DNA from: Armatimonadota bacterium
Lineage (GTDB): Bacteria; Armatimonadota; SYMT01
Reading direction: 5' to 3'
Assembly: GCA_046292385.1 (NCBI GenBank)
Contig: JBKBRF010000010.1
Span: 32,001 to 96,000, forward strand
DNA length: 64,000 bases
In this document: positions 62,776-64,000 of the stretch, one piece after another
Layout: each line of letters begins with the position of its first letter
Numbering within the stretch: position 1 is the stretch's first letter
Position numbers and translations under genes: made by a program
Notes under the pieces: generated by a model
What the model saw: the letters and a program-made list of their open reading frames with translations, nothing else
The model's database searches: none
Told to the model about the DNA's origin: nothing

Positions 62776-64000
62776 ATGCGCCCGCTTCTCCTCCTCGCCT
62801 TCCTCTGCGCCGCCATCCTCGGCGGCGGTGCGGCTGCCCAGCGAGAGCGGCCTGCCCGCCCGAACCTGCTCGTCATCCTGGCAGACGACCTGGGCTACGG
62901 CGATCTCTCCAGCTACGGCGCGGCCGACCTGAAGACGCCGCACCTCGACGCGCTGGTGGCAGACGGGATGCGGTTCGACCGCTTCTACGCCAACTCGCCG
63001 GTCTGCTCGCCCACCCGCGCCTCGCTCCTCACCGGCCGGTATCCGGACCTGGTCGGCGTGCCGGGGGTGATCCGCACGCACGCGGAGAATAGCTGGGGTT
63101 ACCTGTCTCCGGAGGCGGAACTGCTCCCCAAGAGCCTGAAGCGCGCCGGCTACCACACGGCGCTGGTCGGCAAGTGGCACCTGGGGCTCACCCCGCCGAA
63201 CACGCCGACGGACCGGGGATTCGACCACTTCCACGGCTTCCTGGGCGACATGATGGACGACTACCTGGACCATCGCCGCCACGGGATCAACTACATGCGC
63301 CTGGGCCGCCGCGAAATCGACCCGCCGGGGCACGCGACCGACCTCTTCACCACCTGGGCGATCGACTACCTCCGCACCCGCGCCGGCACCCGGCAGCCGT
63401 TCTTCCTCTATCTCGCTTACAACGCGCCGCACGTGCCGATCCAGCCGCCGGACGCCTGGGTCGACCGCGTGAAGGCGCGGAACCCGGGGATCGACGATCG
63501 GCGCGCTCGCCTCGCCGCGCTGGTGGAGCAGATGGACGACGGCATCGGGAAGGTGATCGACGCGCTGAAGCAGTCGGGCGACTACGAGAACACGCTGATC
63601 GTCTTCACCAGCGACAACGGCGGCCAGCTCAGTGCCGGGGCCTCGAACGGGCCGCTCCGCGGCGCGAAGGAAGACGTCTACGAGGGCGGCATCCGCGTGC
63701 CGGCGTGCGCCGTCTGGCCCGGGAAGATCCGGCGCGGCAGCCGCTCGGACCGCGTGGCGCTCACGATGGACCTCTTCCCCACGCTCTGCGAGGCCGCCGG
63801 TGTGAAGCCGCCCGCCCCGGTCGACGGCGTCTCCCTGATCCCGGAGTTGACCGGCACCGGCGTCCCAGCCGCGGAGCGGACGCTCTTCTGGGTCCGGCGG
63901 GAGGGCGGAGCCCGCTACGAGGGGAAGACGATCCACGCCGTCCGCCGCGGCGATTGGAAGCTGGTCCACAACAGCCCGTTCGAGCCGATGCAGCTCTTCA
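62776..64000 (+). CDS. Secreted arylsulfatase-family sulfatase (3'-truncated by window edge)
   Basis: Not in the ORF track (no stop). ATG 62776: signal peptide, PNLLVILADDLGYGD, CSPTR formylglycine motif, GKWHLG. Confidence 0.92.
   Translation, partial: MRPLLLLAFLCAAILGGGAAAQRERPARPNLLVILADDLGYGDLSSYGAADLKTPHLDALVADGMRFDRFYANSPVCSPTRASLLTGRYPDLVGVPGVIRTHAENSWGYLSPEAELLPKSLKRAGYHTALVGKWHLGLTPPNTPTDRGFDHFHGFLGDMMDDYLDHRRHGINYMRLGRREIDPPGHATDLFTTWAIDYLRTRAGTRQPFFLYLAYNAPHVPIQPPDAWVDRVKARNPGIDDRRARLAALVEQMDDGIGKVIDALKQSGDYENTLIVFTSDNGGQLSAGASNGPLRGAKEDVYEGGIRVPACAVWPGKIRRGSRSDRVALTMDLFPTLCEAAGVKPPAPVDGVSLIPELTGTGVPAAERTLFWVRREGGARYEGKTIHAVRRGDWKLVHNSPFEPMQLF

Noticed and set aside
62506..63969. 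487-aa minus-strand ORF
   Set aside because: Shadow of the plus-strand sulfatase, which runs off the window.

Overview
A GC-rich bacterial chromosomal window. The [33 protein letters not shown] prepilin/H-X9-DG gene, the DUF1592/DUF1552 pair, PQQ-type propellers, a CRTAC1-type protein and a sulfatase suggest Armatimonadota or a PVC-like lineage (inference). It holds about 50 protein-coding genes. These include fur-katG with two Fur-like boxes, uxaC plus an SDR, a secreted copper amine oxidase, an FGE-like/ApbE/Gfo-Idh-MocA trio, KaiC-like ATPase plus hybrid kinase, an ECF42 cluster with two matching promoters, selO, GH32 plus a sugar ABC transporter, dnaN behind an ECF/anti-sigma pair, and a thioesterase-PaaK-ABC-propeller operon. 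No rRNA, tRNA or CRISPR array was seen. The most notable signal is a non-coding, hairpin-rich mobile element with conserved asymmetric ends (CACTACTCACCG ... TCAGCCGCGCTG). One copy (11568-11963) splits a PIN toxin gene, which is restored in frame on removal. A longer copy (40540-41356) splits a short repeat whose intact inverted twin lies nearby. Also notable: an Rpn-like nuclease with a probable intragenic antitoxin start inside an ABC operon, a ubiquitin-like MoaD coupled to a BNR propeller, a Tat-signal KatG and an amine oxidase with a non-canonical TPQ motif. All assignments come from reading motifs by eye; no database searches were run.
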